This document shows, piece after piece, positions 21,301 to 31,330 of a stretch of DNA of 64,000 nt. Origin of the DNA: an uncultured bacterium. GTDB taxonomy: Bacteria; Krumholzibacteriota; Krumholzibacteriia; JACNKJ01. The DNA is taken from NCBI GenBank assembly GCA_963695095.1, contig CAVOFT010000001.1, forward strand, positions 3,200,001 to 3,264,000, given 5' to 3'. How positions within the stretch are numbered: position 1 is the stretch's first letter; each line of letters starts with the position of its first letter. Made by a program: the position numbers and the translations under genes. The notes under the pieces are model-generated. The model had not been told where the DNA came from, did not search any database, and worked only from the letters and a program-made list of their open reading frames with translations.

Positions 21301-22356
21301 TCGGTCGTGCTGCGATAGCTGAGGCGCCCGATGTGCACGTCGGCGAGGACGTCGCCGCCCGCCAGCGTGGTGTAGTAGTGGTCGCCTTCGCCGTTGTAGC
21401 CGCTGAGCGTCTCGTTCCAGGTGTTGACCAGATAGGTGCTCGAGGCGTCCCCGGCCAGGGTGACGAACTCCAGCGGCGGACTCACCGTATCGTAGATGTT
21501 CTGGATGTAGTTTTTGATGGCGCCGGTGGTCGTGCCCGTGGTCGGTGGTCGACACCGCGAGGACGTGGTAGCCCTGGCGCAGGCGCAGATCGATGAGCGG
21601 CTGCAGGCGCGTGAGCACGCCGGTGACGTTGGGATAGATGAGCAGATAGGTGCCGGGACCCACCGGCGGATCGCCGGCGCGGTAGAGCTCGCTCTGCTCG
21701 AGGTTCACGACGAGGTCGCGGTAGAGCCGGTCGAAGGACTCGGGGATCAAGGTCGGGCGCTCGGTCAGCGGCGCGGCGGGATCCGGCGTGAACTCGATCT
21801 CGATCTCGAGGCGCTCGGCCACGCGCAGCTCGCCGCTGGCGGGATCGTAGCCCACCGGCTGGAGCGTCAGCGGCACCAGGCGCAAGGCATTCATCGCGCC
21901 CGGCTCGCCGAGCTGGGCGCCGGGCGCCGTGGCCTCACCCGAGGCGTACCAGCTGCGATCAATGACGAAGCGATCGGCGCCGTCGGGCTGCACGGGCAGC
22001 ACGCGGAAGCCGGCGAAGCGCCGCTCGCTCGGCGTCACGGCGACCAGGCGCGCGCGCATGCCCGCGGGCAGCGCGATGAAGCGCGTGAAACTGGGCAGGC
22101 CGGCCCGGCCGTCCTCGCCCGCGATGGCGCCGTCGGCGAGGGTGAGGGCCTGGTAGGTGGCGCCCTCGATGCTGAAGTCCTCGACGGCGAGATTGACCAG
22201 CTCGCAGTCGAGCTTCAGCCTGTCGACGCCGGCCTCGCGCACCGTGAGCACGGGGGCCTGCGCCGCCGACGGCGCGCAGAGCTCCAGCGCGAGGGCCGCG
22301 GCGGGCAGGGTCAGGGAAGCGAGGGCGAACAGGAAGCAGGTAGCAGTTCTCCGCAT
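18363..22356 (-). CDS. Gingipain-like peptidase C25 family protein with propeptide, Ig domains and FlgD-Ig/T9SS-like CTD; frameshift near 21545
   Basis: The 5' ORF gives signal, propeptide and YLLIYP. The second frame gives FVTLAGD, DVHIGRLS, VVTCGTG, NLMGDPA and the CTD LGQNYPNPFNPTT...RKMLLVK. Confidence 0.88.
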
Positions 22357-22507
22357 GGGGATCCTCCGTGGCTGACGGATGCGCGGGGGCCAGGCTGCAG
22401 TGTCGATGGTGGAAGCGCTCCATTATACCCTATTCCTGGCAGTTTTGGATAGCCTCTGCTTGCAGGGACTTCCTCAGCGGGGTGGGGCTTTACCTGACCG
22501 CGCGGCC

Positions 22508-22516
22508 TGCTATACT
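22508..22516 (+). promoter_or_regulatory. Extended -10 promoter element
   Basis: TGCTATACT about 50 nt upstream of the acyl-CoA dehydrogenase start. Confidence 0.45.
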
Positions 22517-22562
22517 GGCCCCGCCCACTCCATCTGCACCCGACACCCAGGAAACGAGGTAG

Positions 22563-23800
22563 ATGATGCTGCCCTTTCTGACCGAGGAGAACCTGCGCTG
22601 GAAGGCGAAGGCCCACGAGATCGCCGAGCAGGTCGTGCGGCCCCTGGCCCGCAAGTACGACGAGCTCCAGGAGTACCCCTGGGAGATCAAGGACGCCCTG
22701 GCCGAGGCCGGCCTGCTCGGCGTCTGGATCCCCAAGGAGTACGGCGGCGCGGGCGCCGGCGTGCTCGACCTCTGCCTCGTGCGTCGAGGAGCTCTCGCCG
22801 CGCCTGCGGCGGCATGGGCGTGGTCTACGCGGTCAACGCGCTCGGCTCGCTTCCCGATCCTGCTCGTCGGGCACGGACGAGCAGAAGAAGAAGTACCTGC
22901 CCGAGATCGCCTCCGGCGAGAAGCTCATCGCCTTCGGCCTCTCCGAGAAGTTCGCGGGCAGCGACGCCGGCAGCCTGCGCACCCGCGCCGAGCAAGACGG
23001 CGACGAGCTACGTCCTCAACGGCGAGAAGAAGTGGACCACCAACGGCGGCGTCGCCGACCTCTACACGCGTCTTCGCCGTCACCGATCCCGAGACGCGCA
23101 GCGCGCGCGGATCTCGCGCCTTCATCGTCGAGAAGGGCGACCCCGGGCTTCACGATCGGGAAGGTCGAGGACAAGATGGGCATCCGCTGCGTGCCCGTCG
23201 TCGAGCTCCACTTCGACGACTGCCGCGATCCCCGAGGACCGCCTGCTCGGCGGCAAGACCGGCATCGGCTTCAAGCACGCGATGATGACGCTCGACCGCG
23301 CCCGCCCCGGCGTGGCCGCCCAGGCGCGTCGGCCTCGCCCAGGGCGCGCTCGAGTACGCCTCGGTCTACGCGAACCGGCGCAAGCAGTTCGGCGCAGCCG
23401 ATCGCGCAGCTTCCAGATGATCCAGGGCATGCTGGCCGACATGGCGACCAAGGTCGAGGCGGCGCGCCAGCTGGTCTACGCCGCCGCCCGCACATCGACG
23501 CCGGCGCCGCCGAACATCACCAAGCTGGCCGCCGAGGCCAAGCTCTTCGCCACCGACATGGCCATGGAGGTGACCACCGACGCGGTGCAGATCTTCGGCG
23601 GCTACGGCTACATGAAGGACTACCCGATCGAGAAGTACATGCGCGACGCCAAGATCACCCAGATCTACGAGGGCACGAACCAGGTCCAGCGCCTGGTGAT
23701 CAGCCGCTGGGTGCTCAAGGAGGCCCGCGAGCACGCCGAGCTGGATGCGTTCATCCCCCGCGAGGTCCAGAAGCACGTGGACCCGGCCGAGGTGAGCTGA
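22563..23800 (+). CDS. Acyl-CoA dehydrogenase with multiple apparent frameshifts
   Basis: [58 protein letters not shown]...[17 protein letters not shown] spread over all three frames. Confidence 0.85.
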
Positions 23801-23831
23801 GCCCGCCGGCTGCCGGCCCTTTCCTTCGCTC

Positions 23832-23865
23832 TGGAGCCCGGCGCCCGCCGGGCTCCTTCTCTTTG
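23832..23865 (+). terminator. Intrinsic terminator
   Basis: GGAGCCCGGCG-CC-CGCCGGGCTCC followed by TTCTCTTT. Confidence 0.65.
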
Positions 23866-23902
23866 CGGCCCGTCCGGGCCCCTCAGCCGGCTGAAAGCGG
23901 AC

Positions 23903-23950
23903 TTGACGCTTGACCTAGTTCCCTGTAGTATTAGTACAACATTGAACTAG
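23903..23950 (+). promoter_or_regulatory. Promoter with palindromic GntR/YtrA-type operator
   Basis: TTGACG/TTGACC -35-like hexamers; TGTAGTATTAGTACA imperfect palindrome (23924-23938) inside CTAGTTC...GAACTAG. Confidence 0.7.
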
Positions 23951-23965
23951 TCCGCCGGAGGGCGA

Positions 23966-24373
23966 ATGAAGAACCAAGCGCGGCCTCTCACCCTGGACAC
24001 GGCGAGCGGGCTGCCCATCTACCGCCAGATCGTCGACTGGGTGAAGCTGAACGCGGCCGGCGGCGGCCTCCCCCCGGGCGTGCAGCTGCCCACGGTCCGC
24101 CAGCTCGCCGTGGACCTGGGCGTCAACAGCAACACGGTGGCGCGGGCCTACCTGGAGCTGGAGCGCATGGGGGTGGTCCACACCCTGCGCGGCAAGGGCA
24201 CCTATGTCGCCGACGGCGAGCCGCCCGTGCCCGATGCCCTGCGCGCGGCCAAGATCCGCGATCTGGTCACCGAGTGTCTCTCGAAGGCAGCGGAATTCGG
24301 CTTCGGCGCGGCCGAGCTGGCGGCGGAACTCACCGATCGCCTGCCCGCCGTCGCCGCGGCCAAGGAGGAGTGA
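23966..24373 (+). CDS. GntR family transcriptional regulator (YtrA subfamily)
   Basis: PIYRQI, LPTVRQLAVDLGVNSNTVARAYLELE...RGKGTYV; short C-terminal domain. Confidence 0.93.
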   Translation: MKNQARPLTLDTASGLPIYRQIVDWVKLNAAGGGLPPGVQLPTVRQLAVDLGVNSNTVARAYLELERMGVVHTLRGKGTYVADGEPPVPDALRAAKIRDLVTECLSKAAEFGFGAAELAAELTDRLPAVAAAKEE

Positions 24374-25495
24374 TGAACATGGTCATCCCGGACATATCCA
24401 AGAAGGCGGCTCCGGAGCTGAGACCGGCCATCAGGGGCGACTTCCGCTTCGGCGCTTTCAACCTGGTCATCCTCATCGCCATCATGGGGCTGGGCGCGGT
24501 GATCCAGCTCCGGCTCGTCCAGCCCGCCGGCGCGACACTGGCGATGCGGCCGGAGGTGCTCAGCGTCGTGGCCGCCATCGTCATGGGCTCGGGGCTGATC
24601 CTGGTCCCCAAGTGGCAGAAGCTGATCGCCCTGGGCGTCGTCTACTGGGTGATCCTGCGCTTCGCCTTCAAGGAGGCCTCCATCTGGCCCCTGCACCTGT
24701 CGGCCTACCTGGGCCTGCTGGCCGCGGCCTCCGTGCAGATCGCCCAGCAGTGGGAGAAGGGCGTCGTGCTGCGCCTGGGCAAGTTCCGCGGCCTCAAGGG
24801 GCCCGGGCTTCTTCGCCATCCTGCCGCTCGTGGAGCGTGTCGACGCCTACATCGATCACCGCGTGCGCTGCACGGATTTCCGCGCCGAGACCACGCTCAC
24901 GCGCGACACGGTGCCGGTCAACGTGGACGCCATCGCCTTCTGGCTGGTCTGGGACGCCAAGATGAGCGTGCTCGAGGTGGAGAACTTCGTCGAGGCCGTG
25001 ATCCTCAGCGCGCAGACCGCGCTGCGGGATGCCATCGGCCGCCACGAACTCTCCGAGATGCTCGCCGACCGCGAGAAGATCGGCCAGCAGATCCAGCAGG
25101 TGCTCGACCGCAAGACCGACCCCTGGGGCATCACGATCCAGAGCGTCGAGATCCGCGACGTGGTCATCCCCAAGGGCCTCGAGGACGCCATGAGCCGCCA
25201 GGCCCAGGCCGAGCGCGAGCGCCAGAGCCGGGTGATCCTGGGCACGGCCGAGACCGAGATCGCCGAGAAGTTCGCCAAGGCCAGCGAGGCCTACCAGAAC
25301 AACCCCGTCGCCCTGCACCTGCGGGCGATGAACATGGTCTTCGAGGGGCTCAAGCAGAAGGGCAGCATGATCATCGTGCCCTCCACGGCCGTCGAGACCA
25401 TGGGCCTGGGCGCCCTGGGCGGCCTGACCGCCCTCGGCCGGCCCGTGCCCGGCGGCAAGGCGGCGCCGGCGGACGAGCCGCCCGCCGAGGCTTGA
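24373..25495 (+). CDS. SPFH/stomatin (slipin) family membrane protein; frameshift near 24808
   Basis: N-terminal TMs, WEKGVVLRLGKFRGLKGPG, then frame change to TLTRDTVPVNVDA...AMSRQAQAERERQSRVI. Confidence 0.85.
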
Positions 25496-25707
25496 TCGCC
25501 GTGCCCCCCTGCGCAGTGGACCCGGGCCGGGAAGCGGCCCGGGTCGCCGCCTCCCCACCGCCGCGATCATTGCTTAACAGAATGCGCATTCTGTCCTAGG
25601 CTCTTCCTCGGGAGCGGAGCTGAACCCGGCGCCCGGCTGCGGCGGCCTCCACGCTGAGGCCACGCTCCCCCAGCCGACCGGAGCGCCAGCACCCAGGGAG
25701 GAACCCG

Positions 25708-27417
25708 ATGAGAGAGCATGCACGGCCCGCGCTGGGCATCCTGCTGGTCCTGGCCCTTGCGGGCCTGGGCTGCTCGAGCAGCGACGACAGCACCTCGCCA
25801 GAACCCACGGTCCCGACGGTGACGAGCGTGACGCCCGCCGATGGGGCCATTCATGTCGACCCCGGGGACGATGTCCTCGTGCGCTTCAGCGTGCCCATGG
25901 ACGAGGCCAGCGTCGAGGCGGCGACGACGCTGAGTTCGCCGACCCGTGTCGATGTCAGCTTCGAAGCCTACTGGCTGGCCGGCATCCTGAGCATCGATCC
26001 CCTCGAAGACCTCGAGCGCGGCGTCGTGTACACCCTGACCGTCGGCACCGGCGCCGAGAGCGCCGAGGGCGAGCCCTTGGCGACGGCCTTCACCAGCAGC
26101 TTCACCACGCTGCCCAGCTACCCGGTGGTGCTCTCCACCAATCCGGCCGACGACGCCACCGGCGTGCCCCTCAATGCCAGCGTCCATGTGCAGTTCTCAA
26201 TGGGCATGGACGAAGCGAGCACGGAGGCGGCCATCAACGTCAACCCGAGCGCTGCCTACACGTTTGAATTCGACGGTGACAACTTCACGCTCGACTTCAC
26301 CGCGAACCTCGCGGCCAGCACCACCTACACGGTCACCATCGACGAGAGCGCGGCGGCCTCGGGCCCGGGCGCCACGCTGAGCGAGGACCACGTCTTCAGC
26401 TTCACGACGGGCTCCGGGGTGGACAATACGCCGCCCAGCATCCTCAGCTACAGCCCGGCCAATGGCGCCACGAATGTGAGCCGCACGATCGGTCAGATCA
26501 CGATCACCTTCTCGGAACCGATTCGGGGCCTCGAGTCTCCGGACGGACTCGACCTGCGCCTCTCCGTCCTCATCTACGACGATCCGACGCTGAGCCCGGA
26601 CGGTACCGTTCTCACCGTGCCGCTCCTGCGCTTGCCGGCCGGGTGCACGCTCTTCGTGGACCTGGGGCCCTTCCAGGACGCGGTCGGCAACTGGAGCGCC
26701 GATCCGCCGGTCTACAGCTTCACCACCGCGGGCACGGCCGACTTCTTCCCCGCCGGGCCGAGCGACTGGTGGGAGTACTACCGCATGGGCGAGGGCTGGG
26801 ATGACGAGTACCTGATCAAGGCCGAGAACGTGACCGGCGGCGATTTCGATCTCTCGCGCTACCGCCCCGACTACGGCGACCGCCAGCCGGAGGACTACAC
26901 CCTGCTCGATCAGATCAGCCACTACAGCCGCACGGCGAGCAGCATCTTCTGGAACGGTCGCAACGAGCTGAACGAGGGGACCTGGGATGCCTTCACCTTC
27001 ACGCCGCCCGTCGAGTGGCTGCACTTGCCGCTCACCCTGGGCCAGAACTGGGCGGGTCAGTCCACCTTCACGATCGACGGCCAGCAGGCCCGCGTCATCT
27101 ACGAGGCAGAGGTGACGGACATCCGCGACGTCGCCCCCGACCTCCTGCGGTCCAAGTCGCGGGCCGGCTGGCGGCCCGGCGGAGAGCGGCAGGGGAGCTG
27201 GGTCTTCCCTGACTGCGCCGAGGTCACGCTCTCCTACACGCTCCAGTCCAATGTCGAGGGTACCTGGGAGACGATGGAAGCGGGCAGCGAGGTCGATCTC
27301 TACTGCCCCGGGCTGGGCCAGATCGCGCTGCACAGCGAGAACACGTCCTACGGCGAAGGCGATCCCGAGCTGAGAGTGGAGGACTCCTACCTGAGCTGGT
27401 GGCTGGTCGGCCAGTAG
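25708..27417 (+). CDS. Lipoprotein with three SbsA/Big_5 Ig-like domains
   Basis: Lipobox LAGLG-C; three P.V.S..PA.GA..V...FS.PM repeats. Confidence 0.85.
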   Translation: MREHARPALGILLVLALAGLGCSSSDDSTSPEPTVPTVTSVTPADGAIHVDPGDDVLVRFSVPMDEASVEAATTLSSPTRVDVSFEAYWLAGILSIDPLEDLERGVVYTLTVGTGAESAEGEPLATAFTSSFTTLPSYPVVLSTNPADDATGVPLNASVHVQFSMGMDEASTEAAINVNPSAAYTFEFDGDNFTLDFTANLAASTTYTVTIDESAAASGPGATLSEDHVFSFTTGSGVDNTPPSILSYSPANGATNVSRTIGQITITFSEPIRGLESPDGLDLRLSVLIYDDPTLSPDGTVLTVPLLRLPAGCTLFVDLGPFQDAVGNWSADPPVYSFTTAGTADFFPAGPSDWWEYYRMGEGWDDEYLIKAENVTGGDFDLSRYRPDYGDRQPEDYTLLDQISHYSRTASSIFWNGRNELNEGTWDAFTFTPPVEWLHLPLTLGQNWAGQSTFTIDGQQARVIYEAEVTDIRDVAPDLLRSKSRAGWRPGGERQGSWVFPDCAEVTLSYTLQSNVEGTWETMEAGSEVDLYCPGLGQIALHSENTSYGEGDPELRVEDSYLSWWLVGQ

Positions 27418-27494
27418 GCCGGCTTCCCACGCCGCGCTGAGCTTGCTAGACTGGGGGCGGCCCTGCCGCCCCCCTTTCATTCCCGAGGAGGCCC

Positions 27495-28397
27495 ATGCCC
27501 GAGACCGTCACCCTCGTCGACGCCATGGCCTACATCTTCCGCGCCTACTACGCCCAGGCCGCACGCAGCGGGCCGGCCGGCCAGCCCACCGGCGCCAGCT
27601 TCGGCTTTCTCGACTTCCTGCTGCGCCTCATCGTGCGCGAGAGCCCCAGCCACCTGGCCGTGGTCTTCGACTCGGGGCCGAAGAGCTTTCGCAATGCCCT
27701 CTACCCCGACTACAAGGCCAATCGCGGCGCTGCGCCGGAGGACCTGCTGCCCCAGTTCGCCCAGTGCGAGGCCCTCGCCGCCGCCCTCGGCCTGCCGGTT
27801 TTCAAGGTGGCCGACCATGAGGCCGACGACGTGCTGGCCACCCTCGCCGCCCGCTGCCGCGCCGCGGGCTGCGCGGTGCGCATCATCTCGGGGGACAAGG
27901 ACCTCGCCCAGCTCGTGGACGAGCAGGTGAGCATCCACGATCCCGCGCGGGGCAAGCGCTTCACGCCGCGCACCGTGCCCAAGCAGTTCGGCGTGGCGCC
28001 GGCGCAGATGGTCGACTACCTCGCCCTCACCGGCGACGCCAGCGACAACGTCCCCGGCGTGCGGGGCGTCGGCCCCAAGACGGCCGCCGCCCTGCTCCAG
28101 GCCCTGGGCAGTCTGGACGGCGTCTACGCCGGCCTCGATGCGGTGCCGGACCTGCCCATCCGCGGCGCCAAGACCCTGGCCGCTCGGCTGGTCGAGCACC
28201 GGGAGGCCGCCTACCTCTCGCAGGAGCTGGTCACCCTGAAGCGCGACCTGCCGCTGGATGTCGCACCGGCGGCGCTCGCCTACACCGGCGCCCCCCGCGC
28301 CGAGTGCAGGGCCCTCTTCGCCGAGCTGGGCTTCGAGCACCTGATCCCCTTCGTGCCCCGCTGGCAGGGGGAGGCGGCGCCCGCAGCCGGCGCTTGA
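27495..28397 (+). CDS. Stand-alone 5'-3' exonuclease / flap endonuclease (Pol I N-terminal domain family)
   Basis: LVDAMAYIFRAYY, YPDYKANR, EADDVL, SGDKD, GDASDNVPGVRGVGPKTA. Confidence 0.93.
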   Translation: MPETVTLVDAMAYIFRAYYAQAARSGPAGQPTGASFGFLDFLLRLIVRESPSHLAVVFDSGPKSFRNALYPDYKANRGAAPEDLLPQFAQCEALAAALGLPVFKVADHEADDVLATLAARCRAAGCAVRIISGDKDLAQLVDEQVSIHDPARGKRFTPRTVPKQFGVAPAQMVDYLALTGDASDNVPGVRGVGPKTAAALLQALGSLDGVYAGLDAVPDLPIRGAKTLAARLVEHREAAYLSQELVTLKRDLPLDVAPAALAYTGAPRAECRALFAELGFEHLIPFVPRWQGEAAPAAGA

Positions 28398-28500
28398 ACG
28401 CCTGCGCCGGGCGTGCTTAGGTGCGGGGGCGCGTCGGGAACCTCGCCCCCGGGCGAGGTTTGAACCGGCCTCGCCCCTTCCGCCTGCCAAGGAGAAACCG

Positions 28501-29097
28501 ATGACCGGCCTGCGCCGCAGCCTCCTGCTCACCGCTCTCGCCTGCCTGCCGGCTGCCGCCCTGGCCGATGCCGGACAGCCGCCCTCGATCGCGCCCTTCG
28601 TCGGCACCTGGCGGATCAACTTCGAGCTGAGCTACCTGCGCGCCTTGGCGGACGAGCATTTGCCCCAGCGGGACCCGACGGCGCTGCGCAATTATGTGGA
28701 CACGATGAGCCGCATCATCGAGCTGAGCATCGGCGACAGCCTGATCACCTACTCGCGCGGGCGCCACACGAAGAGCTTTCCCTTTGCGATCACCGGGGAG
28801 GAGAACGGCAAGATCAGTCTGATTGCCGATCCCCAGGGCCAGTCCGCCGCCTGGGTGCTGGAGCTGATGCCCGAGGGCACTCTCTACCTGCGCTCCACCG
28901 CCACGCAGATGACGGACTTCTATGTCTACGAGCGCGGGCGCATTCCCCGCGATGAGAACGGCCTGCCCGTCTTCCTGGCGCCGCCGCCCCGCCTGCCCGG
29001 CGAGTGGACGCCCCCGCCGACGGCGCCGGCGGACACGGCCACTCCCACCGCCCCGGCGGATTCGGCGGCTGCCCTGCCGGCACCGCCGCGCGGCTGA
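28501..29097 (+). CDS. Hypothetical secreted protein with Pro/Ala-rich tail
   Basis: AGGAG RBS, signal peptide, GC-biased codon usage. Confidence 0.7.
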   Translation: MTGLRRSLLLTALACLPAAALADAGQPPSIAPFVGTWRINFELSYLRALADEHLPQRDPTALRNYVDTMSRIIELSIGDSLITYSRGRHTKSFPFAITGEENGKISLIADPQGQSAAWVLELMPEGTLYLRSTATQMTDFYVYERGRIPRDENGLPVFLAPPPRLPGEWTPPPTAPADTATPTAPADSAAALPAPPRG

Positions 29098-29116
29098 ACC
29101 GCTCCCCCAAGAAAAT

Positions 29117-29140
29117 GGGACCCCGGTTGCCCGGGGTCCC
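29117..29140. terminator. Bidirectional intrinsic terminator
   Basis: GGGACCCCGG-TTGC-CCGGGGTCCC between convergent genes. Confidence 0.7.
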
Positions 29141-29188
29141 GCGTCGTTTCAGGCTCGATCACCCGCAGGGGGCGACCGCCTCGCGAAG

Positions 29189-29875
29189 CTAGTACAGGCT
29201 CTTGACCTGGCTCAGCGTCGCTTCCTCGGTAGCCGTGAAGCCGAGGGATTTGAACTGCTGGAGGCCGGTGCGGCCGTAGCCCACATCGCTGTCCCAGTAG
29301 CTCACGTACCAGCCGATGGTCTCCACGCCATTGTAGCTGATCTGGCCGCAGAGGCCGGCATTCTCGTAGCCCCAGGCCATCGACTGGCCGGCGGGCAGGA
29401 CCAGGCCCTCGCCGCTGATGTCGATGATGGAGTACACGGTCGGCGGCGAGGTGTCGATGACGCCCGCGGGATAGAAGGTCCCCACGCCGTCCCAGGCCCA
29501 GGTGTAGGGATTGGTGACGTTGTAGATGCTGGTCTGGTTCAGATCGACGTTCCACTCCACCGGCATGACGATGGGATCGCTGCTGTACTCGTTGGTGGGG
29601 AAGCCCAGCTCGACGAGGGTCTGGGGCTCGCCCGTGTTGTTCGTCCAGATGTGCAGCGTGTAGTAGGCCCAGCCAGAGGCCGAACCGTTGGTGGTCGCCG
29701 GCGTGTTCATGGCGCCGCCGGTGTTGTACATCACGTCAGTGCGATCGCCAATGGGCTGATCCACCGCGGTGCCGTTGGGGATGGTCACCACGGAGCCGTC
29801 CTTGGACGCCACGAGCGCAAAGGCCGGCGCGGCAATCGCCAGGATGGCGAAGGCAACGAATAGCTTTTTCAACAT
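29189..29875 (-). CDS. Secreted protein with short C-terminal tail ATEEATLSQVKSLY (paralog A)
   Basis: GGAGGAG RBS, signal MLKKLFVAFAILAIAAPAFA, aromatic-rich beta body. Confidence 0.85.
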   Translation of the reverse strand: MLKKLFVAFAILAIAAPAFALVASKDGSVVTIPNGTAVDQPIGDRTDVMYNTGGAMNTPATTNGSASGWAYYTLHIWTNNTGEPQTLVELGFPTNEYSSDPIVMPVEWNVDLNQTSIYNVTNPYTWAWDGVGTFYPAGVIDTSPPTVYSIIDISGEGLVLPAGQSMAWGYENAGLCGQISYNGVETIGWYVSYWDSDVGYGRTGLQQFKSLGFTATEEATLSQVKSLY

Positions 29876-30097
29876 GGTCTCCTCCAGGAGAAATTTGCTG
29901 TCAGTTCACAGACGTCCGTTGGTGCGTCCATCGGCCCTCGGAGGAGAGGATCCGCTGACGCACCGCTGGGCACAGTATAGCATAGCGGGTCCGGGCAATC
30001 TATAGAGGGTCTTGGGGGGCGGGCTTTCGGGGGAGGATTTCGGCCAAGCCAGGTTAGAATCGCGGGGTTGCCTGTATCAAGGGTGTATCAAAGCAGA

Positions 30098-30125
30098 GGA
30101 CCCCCGGCATGGGGCCGGGGGTCCA
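30098..30125 (-). terminator. Intrinsic terminator of paralog B
   Basis: GGACCCCCGGC...GCCGGGGGTCC, followed by TCTGCTTT on the minus strand. Confidence 0.6.
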
Positions 30126-30167
30126 GAAAGCGGCAAAAACTCCTGGAGGAAGAGCTTCAGCTAGGGA

Positions 30168-30857
30168 CTAGTAGAGGCTCTTGACCTGGCTCAGGGTGGC
30201 CTCCTCGGTGGCCGTCGTCAGGTAGTCGGCCGTGAACTGCTGCAGACCGGTGCGGCCGTAGGGCTCGTCGCTGTCCCAGAAGCTCACGTACCAGCCGATG
30301 GTCTCGACGCCATTGAAGGTGATCTGCCCGCAGAGGCCGGCATTCTCGTAGCCCCAGACCATGGAAGCGCCCGCGGGGAGCACCAGGTTGGCGGCGGAGA
30401 CGTCGACCACGCTGTACACGGTCGGCGGCGAGGTGTCGATGACGCCCGTGGGCGTGAAGGTGCCCACGCCGTCCCAGGCATGCGTGTAAGGATCCGCCAC
30501 GGAGTAGACGTCGTTGTTGTTCAGGTCGATGTTCCACTCAACGGGCATCACGATGGGGTCCGCGCTGTTCTCGTTGGTGGGGAAGCCCAGCTCGAGGAAC
30601 TCGATGTCCTGGGCGGCGCCGTTGGTGTAGACGTTCATGGTGTAGTAGGCCCAGCCGGAGGCATTGCCCGCGGTGGTTGCCGGGGTGAACATGGCGCCGC
30701 CCGTGTTGTACTCGACGTCCGCGCGGTCGCCCAGAGGCTGATCCACCGGGCTGCTGTTCGGAATGATGACCACTGAGCCGTCCTTCGACGCCACAAAGGC
30801 AAAGGCCGGCGCCGCGATCGCCAAGACGGCGAGCGCAACAACTAGCTTTCTCAGCAT
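30168..30857 (-). CDS. Secreted protein with short C-terminal tail ATEEATLSQVKSLY (paralog B)
   Basis: AAGGAGG RBS; colinear with paralog A (YNTGGAM, ELGFPTNE, WGYENAGLCGQI, YGRTGLQQF). Confidence 0.85.
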   Translation of the reverse strand: MLRKLVVALAVLAIAAPAFAFVASKDGSVVIIPNSSPVDQPLGDRADVEYNTGGAMFTPATTAGNASGWAYYTMNVYTNGAAQDIEFLELGFPTNENSADPIVMPVEWNIDLNNNDVYSVADPYTHAWDGVGTFTPTGVIDTSPPTVYSVVDVSAANLVLPAGASMVWGYENAGLCGQITFNGVETIGWYVSFWDSDEPYGRTGLQQFTADYLTTATEEATLSQVKSLY

Positions 30858-31330
30858 TGCGAGTCCTCCTTGAGGAACAGATGATGTCAAACCAAGGTGA
30901 AACGCACCCGAGTCAATCCAGAATCGGATCCCGAGAGCGAATCTCTCATGGCTCGGAGTCTAGCAGATGGGCGATTGTCATGTCTAGGTTACAGTTGTAA
31001 AGCCATGTAAATCAATCGGATCTGATCGATGGCCGAGGCAGGTCGGACGATGGGGCTCGCGTTTCGGCCGGGAAGCCGCCGCCCGCCAGGCCGGGGGCCA
31101 AGCGCTGACAACTAGGCTTGACGCATGGAAACAATCGGCGACAGCCCGTCCCGAGGCCCCGGCCGCGGCTCGACAGCGGTCCGCAATCGCTGCGTTTGCA
31201 ACAGGGTCGCCGGCCCGCTATTTTGGAGGCGGGCGGTTGCAATCCCGAGAACCCTGCGCTAGACTGCCCCGGTTTTCCGACTCCCCTCGCCCCACCAGCT
31301 GAGACCCTAGGGATGGCGGAGGTGCGCCCG

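Noticed and set aside
18033..21596. Very long opposite-strand or alternative-frame ORFs (also 2943-5675, 42139-45057, 45478-48606, 48347-51619)
   Set aside because: Shadow ORFs caused by high GC3 in real genes on the other strand; no motifs
29189..30857. Paralog pair as a DGR template/variable repeat or assembly duplication
   Set aside because: Differences are spread throughout, are not adenine-specific and include many synonymous changes; both ORFs are intact
30860..31330. Possible ncRNA or riboswitch in long intergenic regions (also 10545-10810, 45180-45450)
   Set aside because: No recognisable tRNA, riboswitch or Rfam-like motif by eye; consistent with promoter regions
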